DNA from: Octopus bimaculoides
Taxonomy: Eukaryota
NCBI RefSeq assembly: GCF_001194135.2
Contig: NC_068985.1
Coordinates: forward strand, 92,660,375-92,724,374
Length of the DNA: 64,000 bases
Direction: 5' to 3'
A program made the translations under genes and the position numbers. The first letter of the stretch is position 1, and each line of letters begins with the position of its first letter. This document shows positions 1 to 12,514 of the stretch, piece by piece. The notes under the pieces were generated by a model. That model made no database searches. It was not told where the DNA came from and saw only the letters and a list, made by a program, of their open reading frames with translations.

Positions 1-1320
1 TGTTCCACATTTCATTTAACACCTGATATTATAATCTTGGACTAAATTTTTCTATTTCTCCCTCTCATACACACACATGTAGTCTGAAATATTACTACAA
101 TTCCAAACACTATTCTTCTGTGCTTCTATTCATCACATAACAACTTCTCTTATCAGTTTAGATTATTTCAGGAAAGATAATTGAAACTTTTGCTGTCACT
201 TGTGTTGCTTGCTATTGATTAAATAACAAAGAACTGACTAAATTATTGATCTTTAGTTTAGATTCTTAGGCATTCATTTTCAAGCTCAGATAGATATAAG
301 ACTTCTTAGTTACAGTACATAACGTCGCACTTCAGCTGCCGTTTTGCTTCACTAGTTTTTATTTCAAGACGGTTGGTATATGACTTTGATCACATTTCAA
401 ACAGCTTTTGAGTTTTTGCCAACTTTGATGTTAGGAGGAAAAATCATAGAATTTATTTTAGGTTACTCAGACATAGACATTTAAGTGAGTTTTATGAGGA
501 TTATTGGAATTGCTTAACAATCTGTTGCTAATTATCCATTTGAAGATCCCGTGTAATAAGGATGATTTTTGCCAAAATGATGTTTGTTTATTTATTTGAT
601 ATTGAATTTCCCTCACTTTTACTGAATAATACTTTACAAAAAGTTAACTGAAATGTAATAATAGTCAATTATGAAATTATTCCTTTGATTTCTTCAGTAC
701 TCCCAAAGAGTTATTAGCAATTATTGCCTAATGAAATTAATAGAGCATAAGTGATCATAGATGTGGACAGAAACAGCGATTAATTTTGATTTCTTTTGAA
801 ATGTTTTCAGAATATAAGCAAATTTTGCTTAACAAAATAATGTTGTAATCAGTTTGCAACCTAATTCTTTTGTTGCTGACTGGGATCAAATTAATGCAGA
901 AGGAATATGTTAAGAATATCTTGGCCATTTTGTCACTTCTGACTTGTGCATTTTGCTACGTTACTTAGTCTTCCATAACATTTTGAAATCAAATGTCAAC
1001 AATTTGTTGTATGCTCGGTATTCAACACACGCAGTTACATAAATCCACTGACAGATAAACAATAATGCACATTTTCTATTAGTCCTCTGACAAAGACTTT
1101 TTACTAATGGATTTTTGTATGTGCATGCATGCACACACTCACATATACACACAAACACACACATGCGCACTCACATCCATCCATCCAATGAACGAGGTAT
1201 CATAAAAATATCTATAAGCATTAAGTTTCCAATTAACTTTTGAACACATTCTGTGTATTGGATTGTATTATCTCTGATTTCTGAATCTGTAGTATCAGAA
1301 GCAAATGTTTTTCCATTTAG

Positions 1321-1491
1321 TGTCATATAATGTATGTGTGTAATTATGTGATAATGTGTGTGAATGAAAAAAAAAATATATATATATTTAAATGTTTTAT
1401 TTCTAACTTTTACATTTTATTTTCTAGGTAAGTGATTCATTGCTGAAATTTTGTGTCTTTAACCTTATCCTCTGGCTATATGAAGGTAATG
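1321..1491 (+). other. Candidate recursive splice site (ratchet point) with 58-nt RS-exon (1428-1485)
   Basis: No AG between 1321 and 1425; branch-point-like TTCTAAC 1401-1407; T-rich tract; AG at 1426-1427 directly followed by GTAAGT 1428-1433; second donor AAG|GTAATG at 1485/1486. Confidence 0.55.
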
Positions 1492-1854
1492 CAAATTTTT
1501 ATTTTACTGAACATATTTTTTTTTTTCATTCAATTTTACTTGTTCTGCTTTTATACCAGTGCCAATAGTATTAGGTCATGTTCAGCATCCATTACTATGC
1601 GAACTGAACATCAGCAAATAATTTATTTTGGTTTTGGGAAAAATGTATCCAGTTCTTCCTCTTCAGAATTTTTGTATTCTCACATATTCTCCTACTTTCA
1701 TGGGCTAGTTTTAAAGCATTGTTTTAGTTTATGGGGAAGGGTCGTTTTGAGACCTTTTGTTTACCATTATGTTGTGTCCAGAGTTCACCTCTGTGGATAC
1801 AAACTGATCGTGTAGATTTTACCATCCTAATAAATAGGAATTAATTTGGCCCCT

Positions 1855-1916
<62 letters not shown>
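1855..1916. repeat. (CA)n microsatellite
   Basis: Direct reading of the dinucleotide run. Confidence 0.98.
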
Positions 1917-1919
<3 letters not shown>

Positions 1920-2474
1920 TCTGCTGTATTCTGAGATTCTGGAACAGTTGCTGTTTTTAGTAGAACAAATGAATTGAATAGTAAAACTGAATACTGGTCC
2001 AACTATGTTGAATGCTTCGAGTTTTTATTGAACAATTCTTGACCTGGTTACTGGTGTTACTGCAGTAGGGTTATCAATGAGCATGTCACAGTTGTGCAAT
2101 GGAAATTTTGACTTGACAACAAATCAAATATATGAATATAACAGTTTTTTGTGTTTTTTAAACAGCTTTTCCTTGATTTAATTACCGTAACATCATTTAC
2201 AAATCAGCTATTGAATGTATAAAGTATTCTGCTTTTCAAGTGTTAGGTGGATCAGTTGAGCTGAGTAAAAAGTATTGTATAGAAAGGTGTGTTTGTAAAT
2301 ATTTTGTTGCAGATGCACTACTACAAAAATAAAATCTGCCTTTCTCTGTGTGCACATGTGAACATGCACAGATACTTGTTTTCCTTTTTTGCCAGTGAAG
2401 AATTGAAGCTTCATAGATCAGCAGACATTTTGTTTTGGCAGTTGGGTTATCACATGCATCTGCAACAACGAAGT

Positions 2475-2660
2475 ATTCTTTCCTACTCTAAGCACAAGAC
2501 CTGAAATCTTTTGGGAGGGAGCCAGTCGATTAGATCAACCCCTGAACACAACTGGTACGTAATTTATCGACCTCAAAAGGATGAAAGCAAAATCAACCTC
2601 GGCGGAATTTGAACTCAGAATGTAAAGACAGATGAAATACCACTAAGCATCTCACTGCCT
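2475..2660 (-). mobile_element. tRNA-derived SINE, family C (Deu/Nin-like core)
   Basis: Reverse complement matches the copy at 14647-14898 (TTCTGAGTTCAAATTCCGCC B-box region; GGTCGATAAATTACGTACCAG core). Confidence 0.85.
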
Positions 2661-3969
2661 TAGCAACAATGAAGTATTGCCATATTTGTATTTTCCTCAC
2701 TTTTGAGGCTTTACAGAATATAATATTGGCATAAGTTGTTGCAATTCTTGTTGCCCTGGAGGTGGCTTGTGTATCTAAGAGATGGTTTCTTGGAGTTTTC
2801 ATCACTATGGAAGCCTTATATATATGGAGTTTCAGTGCAGAAAATGGGTCATACTTGATAATGAGTTAGTAGCCACCATCAAAAACACACAAAATGACTT
2901 GATGGTATATATCAAAGAAGCTAAAATATGTATTGAAACTCACTAACACACTATTTTGGATAGGTGTTTTCAAGAAGTAGGAGTTTTATGCTAAATGATT
3001 TGAATAAAATGTTCAGGATAAAAAAAAGAAAAAAAAAACAATAAGCCAGAAAACATTTTGTAAAATTTCTACTCAAATAGAATAAAATTGACAAAAAAAA
3101 ACAACCATATGTTGTCTATTCAGTTACATTATTTTACAAATGAAAATCTTTTTTCTTTTTTTTTTTTGATTGCTAATATTATAAAATAGAGAATGTTGAT
3201 AAACATTTTCAATGAGTAAATGTTTTATAATTTTTATTTAATAATTATTTTATTTTTACAAGTACTTTACTCAGAGGAAGAAAAATAATATGAAATTAAC
3301 ATTAAAAATTACTTTATTGAAAATCCTAACGATAAGCATTATCAAAGAAATAGATTGCACTTTTTATTTATTTCCAAATGATTATAATGCGAGATGAAAG
3401 GAAACAATAGGATGAAATATATCTAATGAAATATTAGCATATAAAATTATGAAATAACATTTGTATGTTGGTTGTAATTTTTACTTTATGCAGCATTAAA
3501 ATTTTATCTGATAATTAGCATGTGCATGTCATTTTTAATATGTAATTTTTATGTTCCATTTGATAACAAAAAGGCTCGACAGCAGAAAGATTCAGACATG
3601 TATTAGAGAGTATTTATTACTACTCGTGATTCACATCTTATACTTTCATATGCGTATATCATCTTATCTATTGTTCTTTAAACCACTTTCGTTTTCCATA
3701 ATGTAATCAAATTTGGACCAAATTTTAACTAATGTCAGTCAAATATTGATTACTTGTGGAATCTGTTTTGTGCCTGAGATTAACGAATTCTATTTTTAGC
3801 AACAATTGGAATATTTACTACTCACTTGATGCTCAAGTTAACAATTTCAAAAATCACAATGAGAAAGTAGTTTATGCTGGTTTTCTGAATTATTAGTCAA
3901 TATGTGTTTGTTCATTAATTTATAGATAAGACGTTAGCGTAATTTGTTTATACATTGTTTCTTATTTAA

Positions 3970-3973
<4 letters not shown>

Positions 3974-4001
<28 letters not shown>
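3974..4001. repeat. (TA)n microsatellite
   Basis: Direct reading. Confidence 0.97.
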
Positions 4002-4005
<4 letters not shown>

Positions 4006-4669
4006 AAGTTAAGTCCTCACAGAAAGCAGATGTTATTAAAATAAAAAGCTTCCTGCTACTAGAGTGGAGGCAATTTATCAGAATACGATTTAATCAGTGC
4101 CATATGGAGGGAACTTATCTCTTGCAATATTGTAGTTACAAAATTTTAAGTTTCTATGTTAGTTATTATAAAATGTGATAATAATGGTGATAATATAACA
4201 CTATTCACTACACATAAACAACGTTGTTGAATGCTTTCTCATGAATAGTTACAATTAATAGCTGTATAAATATGAAAGCTTTGCTATAAAAATTTCTTAA
4301 TATTTTTCAGGATCTCCACTTCAAAAGCCTGAAAATATTTGAACTTAAACCCTTAATTAGTAATTATCTGTTTTTGCTCACCAGTAATCTAACATTCATT
4401 GTGTTTATTGAAAGTAGTAGTAGAATTAACGTTTTAATTTTTGATAGTGCAAAGTACCATATTTTATAGGGAAGGCTGCATACTCAATTGGAATAGACCA
4501 CTTGAAAAGTGTTAATTATGGTATTGATCCCTGAGGGGGCGAAGTTTATGGGCAGTTACGATCTTTGAACTCAAAGTAATGCAAGACATTACAATGCATT
4601 TACATTACAACACTAGCAACTGGCATTGTCTGAGATATTTTCTCTTATGTAAAACAAAGCATGTGTGTG

Positions 4670-4680
4670 TGTGTATATAT

Positions 4681-4747
<67 letters not shown>

Positions 4748-4752
4748 ATATA
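4670..4752. repeat. Compound (TG)/(TA)n microsatellite
   Basis: Direct reading; source of the IYIYIY ORF 4605..4787. Confidence 0.97.
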
Positions 4753-6528
4753 ATGTGAATGAGCTGATAAATTTCAAACAAAAACAAACTATTAATTGTA
4801 TTAATTGTAATTAGAAAGATATTAGAACTAAAAATTAAAATGTTTAATTGTCAATAGTTCGCAGAGTGTAATTAATAAATTTAATATGAGGAAGAGAAAT
4901 CTAACGTGTTGGGCAGGAAATGTCAGACGTTTGCTGGTCAAATAATTGATTTGTATATACTAATTGCCGATGCAGGCCATCACTGGTTTCATTTGAATAT
5001 TTTGTTTTAGTTATCAAAATCTACTAGAAAACCAAAGTAAAATAAATCCAAGTGACTAATACGATATTCAAATTAATTAATAGGAAATGCTCAGTTGGTA
5101 TGCTTGTTTCTTAGAGGTAACACAGTAATAATGTTGCCACTATGTCTAACCAAGTTTGTTTTGACATACTGTTATGAAATTTTTATCTGAACAATGAAGT
5201 GGAACACATACGGAATACTTGAGAGCAAAACAGAATTATGAAATTAAGAATTTTGATAAAACTTATGAGCTGAAGGCTAGAGACTGTATCAAACAATTAT
5301 CTTGCTGTTTATTAGTTATTGATATATAATTTGGAATTAAATTCAAAGTTTATTCAATAAAAACAGGTTTATTGAAAATGAAAAATAATTATTTCTGATA
5401 TCAAACACTGATATAACTTTTCATTTTGATGCACATGAGTAAATTATCTGCTAAAAGATTTGTAGAATTATTTGAATTGACTTGGAAAATTTGATATTCC
5501 AAATCCCAGTATTGTAGCAGACTTGAGGAACCATAAATACTTTGTCCAACTTCTGACATATTAAAGAAATAAGTATTTATATACCATGGATGGATAGGTG
5601 CCCTCACCTTGTTTGTGTGTAAATAATGTACTTAATTCCTTATCTCAAAAATATAGAATAGTGTTAAAGAAATTAGCTCTTTGCATGTTCAGATATATTC
5701 ATGCATGTTTGTGAAGAGTACACTTTATCTGTAACTTTTACATACAACACATTAAGTCTATCATAGTTTGACCTAACCATCCAAGAACTGCAGTTTGCTA
5801 TTTTTTAAAATAATTTTTGAACAGGCATCAATGTGCCTTTGGTATAAAATTACAAAATATTCCAAATTTCCTGTTTAGTGTTCTGTTGCATGACAATTCT
5901 TGCTGTCAAGTAAATGTGTGAGATGGCGTTTAAAATCTTGCGTTGTGTACATTGACAGAACTAGGAGTATTTTAAACTGAGAAGATATCATCTTGATCGC
6001 TTCATATCAACTTGATATTCAGATATTTCTTCATGTAGCATTGTGTTGAGCAACTGCCCTTCTTTTCACATACTTTAGTTTACTCGATGTGCAGAGTACA
6101 GAAAACATTTTAGATAGTCTAATCCAGTGTTTTCTTTTCTTCTAATCGATCTGTGTTGTTGATATTAACATGGACTGCAAAGAGAGAGGCACTATTGTAC
6201 TGTTTTTACGATTGTCTCATCATTGATATTGATATTTTGGATAATTTGCTTCTAAAGATAAGCATGTTCAATGGCATTTTGTACTTAGCTCTTAGAGGTG
6301 GTTACTTATTTATTCACAAATAAAGAATATCAATAGTCCAAAACAATCTGGTATTTTTTCTCAATTTGATCTGTAAGTGTCTTCATGTGTTTGTTGTGTT
6401 TATGTCTATTTATATACTTATTCTGATTTTTTTTTTTTTTTTTGTGTTTCTAAATTAATGATTTCAGAAGTACTCTAAGCTCGCTATGTTGCTCAGTCAC
6501 ATGGTCAAAGTAGATGTTTAGACATCTC

Positions 6529-6538
6529 NNNNNNNNNN
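6529..6538. other. Assembly gap (10 N)
   Basis: Run of N. Confidence 1.
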
Positions 6539-6949
6539 TTCAAAAACAGTACATTCCACTATTCAATAAGAAGTAAAATCTACTAGATAACTTTCAAGAT
6601 AACAGCAGTCTGAATTTTGTATATGTGTGTGTGTGTGTGTGTGCGTGTGCGTGGATAGAATGACTTGCAAACTTTTGTTTAACATATATAAAATTCAGTA
6701 CGAGCTTCAACATAACTGAAATCATTTAGCTTGAATGATTGAAGCAAAATAAAGCCGAACTTTCATCTGAGGGTTACTTTCATTGCAATATTGGACTTTT
6801 ATCTGAGATAATAATGTTGACAAACACTATTGCATTCTTTTGTTTAATTTTGTGCTGTTGGACATATAAAAGTCAATATTTTCTCTATTCATAACTTATA
6901 CCGCTCACTGTTGTTCAGTAAAGTGGACGGATTTCTAATATCTTATCTT

Positions 6950-7235
6950 TTTCTTGCTACAAGGATTAGTCTGTGGGCATGTTGTGGCTCTGCTTTGAAG
7001 GATTTAATGTAACATATCAACCCTGTACTTATTCTTTGAGCCTGGTATTTATTCTATTGATCTCTTTTGTTGAACTGCTATGACTGCTATGGTGACACAA
7101 ACAAACCAATACCAGTTGTCAGGCAGTGGTAGGGAATAAGCACAGGTACACACACACACATCTGTGCATACTCAATGCCATGCAATGGGGTTGAACCTAA
7201 AACTATGTGGTTAGGAAGCCAACTTAAACAGCAAT
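6950..7235 (-). mobile_element. Degenerate composite SINE (family A head / B tail)
   Basis: Diverged match to the adjacent copy 7244-7622. Confidence 0.65.
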
Positions 7236-7243
7236 CAGTACAA

Positions 7244-7622
7244 TTCTTTTATTTGTTTCAGTCATTTGACTGTAGCCATGCTGAAGCACCACCCGTTAGT
7301 ATAGGAAATCGATCTAAGGACTTATTCTTTGTAAGCCTATTACTTGTTCTGTCGGGCTCTTTGGCTGAACCACTAAGTTAGGGGGACGTAGACATACCAA
7401 CATCGGTTGTCAAGCGATGGTGGGGGAACAAACACACACACACACGTGTATATATATATGATGGGCTTCTTTCAGTTTCTGTCTACCAAATCCACTCACA
7501 AAGGTTTGGTTGGCCCAAAGCTATAGTAGAAGACACTTGCTCAAGGTGCCACACAGTGGGACTGAACTCGGAACCATGTGGTTGGGAAGCAAGCTACTTA
7601 CCATACAGCCACTCTTGCACCT
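7244..7622 (-). mobile_element. Full-length composite tRNA-derived SINE (A head + CA/TA linker + B tail)
   Basis: Near-colinear with copies at 31895-32286, 39313-39835 and 60439-60814; A/B-box-like TGGTAAG and GGTTCAGTCCC on the minus strand. Confidence 0.92.
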
Positions 7623-7787
7623 ACATTTGCCTGATATTGTCATTAAACTATTAAAAACTTCAATATTTTGTGTTAGGTTTATTATTTTATTTCTAGTGAA
7701 TAAACTCAAACATGAAACTGATATTAATGTTGTTTATCAAATGAGTTTTATGTATCCGCAATTTCATGGCTCTTGCTACTTTTGCAG

Positions 7788-7844
7788 TTCGATTGGTTGC
7801 TTTCCTATTCATACTGATATAGATACAAAAAAAATATATATCAG
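7788..7844 (+). CDS. Candidate 57-nt internal exon (SIGCFPIHTDIDTKKIYI), product unknown
   Basis: ctacttttgcag acceptor, CAG|gtaaat donor, length divisible by 3, one open frame; no recognisable homology. Confidence 0.2.
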
Positions 7845-8284
7845 GTAAATAGATAAAATATAGCTTCTGATAAATTTCAAGTAATCCACATTGTTCATTT
7901 AACTTATCTGAAGATTCATTGTTTTTCTGAAAACATAAGCAATCTATTCGTTTTTACTACAGTTCTTCAGTGATTTTCAATACATTGTCAACTTGGGAAA
8001 ATAAAAGATTGACTAAAAACCTACAAAAATTGCAAACAGATGTGCAATCTTGTGGGTCATTTCACAAAAGAGGAATTTTAAGTAATTCTGTTCTTGATTG
8101 ACATTAAACCTTTGTCGGAATAGCTTGAATGGATTTGAAGAATCCTCATTAAATTGTTTTCTAGCATTTGTTATTTTCTTTATTTCAACTCCGTTAGGTC
8201 CCTTTTTTAATTACTTATGGTTCATATTCTCTGCTTGTCTTTGAATCTGTTAGGAAAACCCAGAATAAGCATTTGATGAATCCA

Positions 8285-8476
8285 TGTTGCTTTTAAGTCC
8301 CAGGTCATCTCGTACTGAAGGGACCTATGATGAAAAACATTCCAACTGATCACCCTATGTTTTTATATATTAGGAACTACATCACTCAATGTATTCTATT
8401 TCAAAAGGTTATGTTGTAAATTTAAGATGATTTGACTGATATTTCCAGCTGGATGACTAATGACATTGAGGCTCTG
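8285..8476 (-). mobile_element. Degenerate interspersed repeat, family F (SINE-like)
   Basis: Reverse complement resembles the GCTAGAAATAGCAG...GGAATGCCTTTGATCATAGG family at 22745, 40040, 40485 and 42100. Confidence 0.55.
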
Positions 8477-9209
8477 TTTTTATTACCTTCAGCTATATAA
8501 ATCTTGCTCCCTTAGTTCACCAGGTTTTGTGTCTCACCTATATCTCAGTAGCTAATCGCATTATTAAACTTTCAGTTGTTGGAAAACAACACATATATCA
8601 TATATTAATGGCTTACAATATTTCTTTGAAGCTTCTAGTCTTAAGTTACTGCAGCTTTCATCATGCAGTTGAATTACTGATGCTTCCTTTATGTGCGGTT
8701 GACTCTTTGATCTACTTAGAACTATTTTAAGTGCAGTTATATACTTTTATGTAATAAAAACAGTTGAGTACTCATTAACATTCTTCTGAACTTTAAATAG
8801 TACTCTGTGGCAAGAATGAATGCCTTTGCTGTTTGTGTAGATTTATGCATTAGCCTCTAATCAGATTTACAAACATTGAAATAAGAATGACACTTAATTC
8901 TTGAAGCCAGAATCCTTTCACTACCTGTTATACTCTTAGACACTGGATAGTGTCAAAGATTAAGTTATTTATAGGAATCTTCCCTCGTAGGAAACTCGAA
9001 TAGTCAAGAAAGATTTGTTTTAAAATGACATTTTACCAAGTCTAAATCAGCTCCACAAAGAAAGTTTATCTGTATTTGGAATAGTATGCCTGCTTCTGGC
9101 ATGAAAATGTCACAAGCAATCTAGTTCTGAAAGCGTTAATGTTTCCAGTTTCCTTCTATTTTACAATCGAAATACTGTTTATGGTATCCTCCAGCATCTT
9201 GTTTCCTCA

Positions 9210-9700
9210 TTGCTCTCATCCATTACTCTCTCTCTCGCTCTGCCTCATTTTCTCTCTTTGCTCTCTCTCTGCAGCTTTACCTCCTCCTCTCTACTTCTCA
9301 TCTTTCCCTCCCCCATCTGATCTCCCTCCCTCTCTTTTCTTCCTGTACTCAACATTCCTTCTTCACACTAATGCATTGCTTTCCTCTTGTCCCCTTTGCC
9401 TCACCCCATCTCTCCATACTTTCTCTTATAATGCCAGACTACTCTACACCCCCTCTATACAAACCACCCTCTTACCTTTCCACTCAGCCTTCTCTATTCA
9501 ATAATCTATGACTCTAATCCCTTCCTTTTCCTCCATTCCCCAGTCATACTTCCTCTCCCTTCAATTGATGTGTACTCTACTATTCTATCAGGCATTCCAC
9601 TATCACCCAATTTCAACTACAAATAGATTTGTTACATCTTGTCATCTTTAACCCTCTCCATCTAGAATCATAACCCTCTCTCTCTTTTCCCCCTCATTTA
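9210..9700 (+). repeat. Long polypyrimidine (CT-rich) low-complexity tract
   Basis: Strong C/T strand bias; produces the S/L/P-rich ORF 9139..9504. Confidence 0.85.
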
Positions 9701-9769
9701 AAAGGAGTGACTCTAGGCCCTTAACTGTCCAAGCAATTTGGTGATCTTTGCTACTGTTAATATTGAAAA

Positions 9770-9925
9770 ACGCACCACTTTGTAAAGTGGTTGGCATTAG
9801 GAAAGGCATCTAACCATAAAAACGATGTCAAAATAGTCATGGGAACATGACACAGTAGTTCAATTTGCCAGATTCTTTCAAATTGTCCAACATGTGCCTG
9901 CATCACAGTCAGACTTCGATGATAA
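9770..9925 (+). mobile_element. Degenerate family D repeat (RTE-type 3' tail)
   Basis: AGTGGTTGGCATTAGGAAAGGCATC...TGTCCAACATGTGCC matches 27580-27744. Confidence 0.6.
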
Positions 9926-10512
9926 TTTCACTCCACATCAAAGGATTTGCAAACATTCTCACAGATGTCGCTGGTTAGTCAATTTTGAATGGATTTAAGT
10001 AATTCCAATCAGGTTCTTGTTTGCATATTTGCAATATGCTGTCTCTTTTAATTTTGGATATGCATTTACAATCTGTGTTATATGACTGCATAATTTTTAC
10101 ATACATCTAATTGTTCCAGTAATATGTTGTTATAAGTATATTAACAAAAATTGAAACAATTTTCAGGATACTGGTTTCATTATTTTATTATCAGTTTGAA
10201 GTTGTTATGATTGTTCCCCTCTTTATGATTTATTACATTAGTTACTTAAGGGGTGGGGAACAAGGATAAATGTTGCTGGGAGTGCAGAAAATATAATTAA
10301 TAATATCAAAAAGAAGGTTAGAACCATCAATATTCCAGCAGTGTACTGACACACAAAATATTACCACAAATGATTGCTTGATTAATATGTTGCCATGGCC
10401 ATCATGTGGTGTCTGCTCTAATTGTTGTCCTTTTGGCATTGATGATAAACCTCATTAATTCACTAGCAACACCAGTTATTTCCATTGCCACCACTTCAAA
10501 AAGACATATGTA

Positions 10513-10664
10513 CAGTGCTGTTTAAGGCACACTAGGCAGTTTCCCAGGGCCTTCACAAATCTAAGGGTCCAAATCTGATCTATGTATGATGTGGTTTGCT
10601 GTCAAATTCTATAGGGTCCAGTGAATTGGTGTACACAGAGTCTTATGCTATGAAGACTGCCCTG
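10513..10664. mobile_element. hAT-type MITE, 152 bp
   Basis: CAG...CTG termini with degenerate TIRs; 8-bp TSD CATATGTA (10505-10512) / CATATGCA (10665-10672). Confidence 0.7.
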
Positions 10665-11339
10665 CATATGCACTTTGAATTTCAACGGCTCCTGAGAGGT
10701 ATGGAGCCTTTTTAGTTGAATGCTTTATTGTTGTGATGCGAGATGAAGTGAATTAATTTTGTGCTTTTTAAAATTTAGATAAAAAGGTTAATCTTATTCT
10801 CTGTGATTCATAATTTTAAAATATATCAAGTGAGATTTTTTTCTGTCTTAGATATGACAATTTTGTGAAAGCAGTGTTTCTAGAAATAGCCAGCTGTATT
10901 CCATATCATTTTTGATCATTGAAACGTAACATACTTGCTGAGAAATTATCAATACTTTAATTCAAAATGCTTCAGTTATTTATTTAGCAAAATAATAATT
11001 TGTAAATATTCACATAATATATGCTTATATTTTAATATTCATATTTACTAAGCAGAATAATTTGAGCAAAACAGCTTCAGAGTAAATTTTATTAATAATT
11101 AAGCTCAGTTGAAGTAAATTGTCAAAGTGCTTTTAGAAATGACATAAGAATTACCTTTGAGAGAGCAGGGGGGGGGGGTATCATGTACAAAAATTACTCT
11201 TCAAAAAGATTTTCAATAAAGTAAGTCTTACATTTTCTTGAACTGAGGAAAAGTATGTATGCCATTGCGATAATCACATTCCTAAATGGCAAGGGTCTTT
11301 TGGCTGTTGTTTTTCTCTGCCAAATGATACAAATCTGGA

Positions 11340-11535
11340 TTTGCATTGGGTATTGATGATGTTACTAAGATTGGAGCTGACATGAATGCCTGGTGTCTTG
11401 ATGATGCTTGTTTGGGGGCCCTCCTGACAACGTCTTTGCAATGGCGAAGAGGATGACTGAGAGATTTAGTCATAGTGACCTTAGCGTTAACTGTTCCAAA
11501 TGCAAGTGGGGGCTCCTTAACCATCCAGCTTTACA
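11340..11535 (+). pseudogene. Decayed non-LTR reverse transcriptase fragment, CRE/R2-like
   Basis: FALGIDDVTKIGADMNAWCLDDACLG, 1-nt frameshift at about 11417, then GPPDNVFAMAKRMTERFSHSDLSVNCSKCKW; aligns by eye to NxWYLDDGxLGG...GLxxNxSKC. Confidence 0.7.
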
Positions 11536-12451
11536 TCAATAATCTGAGTAGAACAGTGTCAGTGAGAGAGAGAGAGAGAGAGATTTTGACTACATTTCAT
11601 TTCTTATGTACTAGAAGCTGGTTCCTATTAGGCTCAATTCGTTTAACCATGTTAATAGTGTTGGTGGTGGAAGTGAAAGGATAGGCATTATTCAAAATTA
11701 ATTAGAACTTTCTGAAGCATCTAAAAATTATATTTAAGCTGAAAGATAATAAATACTACAACCAATATGAGGGAGTTTTAAATAGCATCTGTGACTACCC
11801 CTGTGTAACCACTATTATATGATAACATTGCAAAATGCTTTTGTTTTTTTGTTTTTTCCATCTCATAAATTCAAACCATTTAACATGTTCTACCTTCCAT
11901 GCCAACACTATGTGTGTATGTGTTAACAATACTTATTTCTCTAACTTAAACATTTTAATCCAAGATCGTAATAAGTTGACTATTAAACTATGCTCTGTCC
12001 ATTCACCTGTTTGCGACTGGACAACTGCTAAAATTCTTAATTTTAACAGTGATGATAACTAGATGTGCAGGGTACCAAGGGTCAGTGATTGGTATCTTAA
12101 TATTGGCATTATACTCTAATGCCAGCAATAATCACAAAGATCTAGTTATCCTTGTCTATAGGTCCGTAAACAGCAGTTTCAATGTAGATTGGCTCACTGC
12201 AGTTAGTAAAATGTCTCTTAATGTTTTAGCATTTTTTGTAGTACTCGGTTTAAATTCAATTGGAGCATGGATGGTGTTTATAAGCCATTTAAAAACACAC
12301 AAAAGCCATTAGATTCACTTCAACATTTAAATTTAATCTATCAAAATATTTTCGTCGCTTTGAAACCACGACCTGTTCACTGACAAAATTCCATGCAGCA
12401 TGGAAAATATCTTGACAAATTAAATTTAAATATTGAAGTAAATCTAACGGG

Positions 12452-12454
<3 letters not shown>

Positions 12455-12510
<56 letters not shown>
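12455..12510. repeat. (TG)n microsatellite
   Basis: Direct reading. Confidence 0.98.

Positions 12511-12514
<4 letters not shown>

Noticed and set aside
6115-6190. Minus-strand acceptor ctctctctttgcag followed by HVNINNTDRLEEKKTLD*
   Set aside because: All frames stop within 57 nt; no donor and no supporting upstream exon
9139-9504. 121-aa S/L/P-rich ORF
   Set aside because: Artefact of the pyrimidine-rich tract; no domain signal
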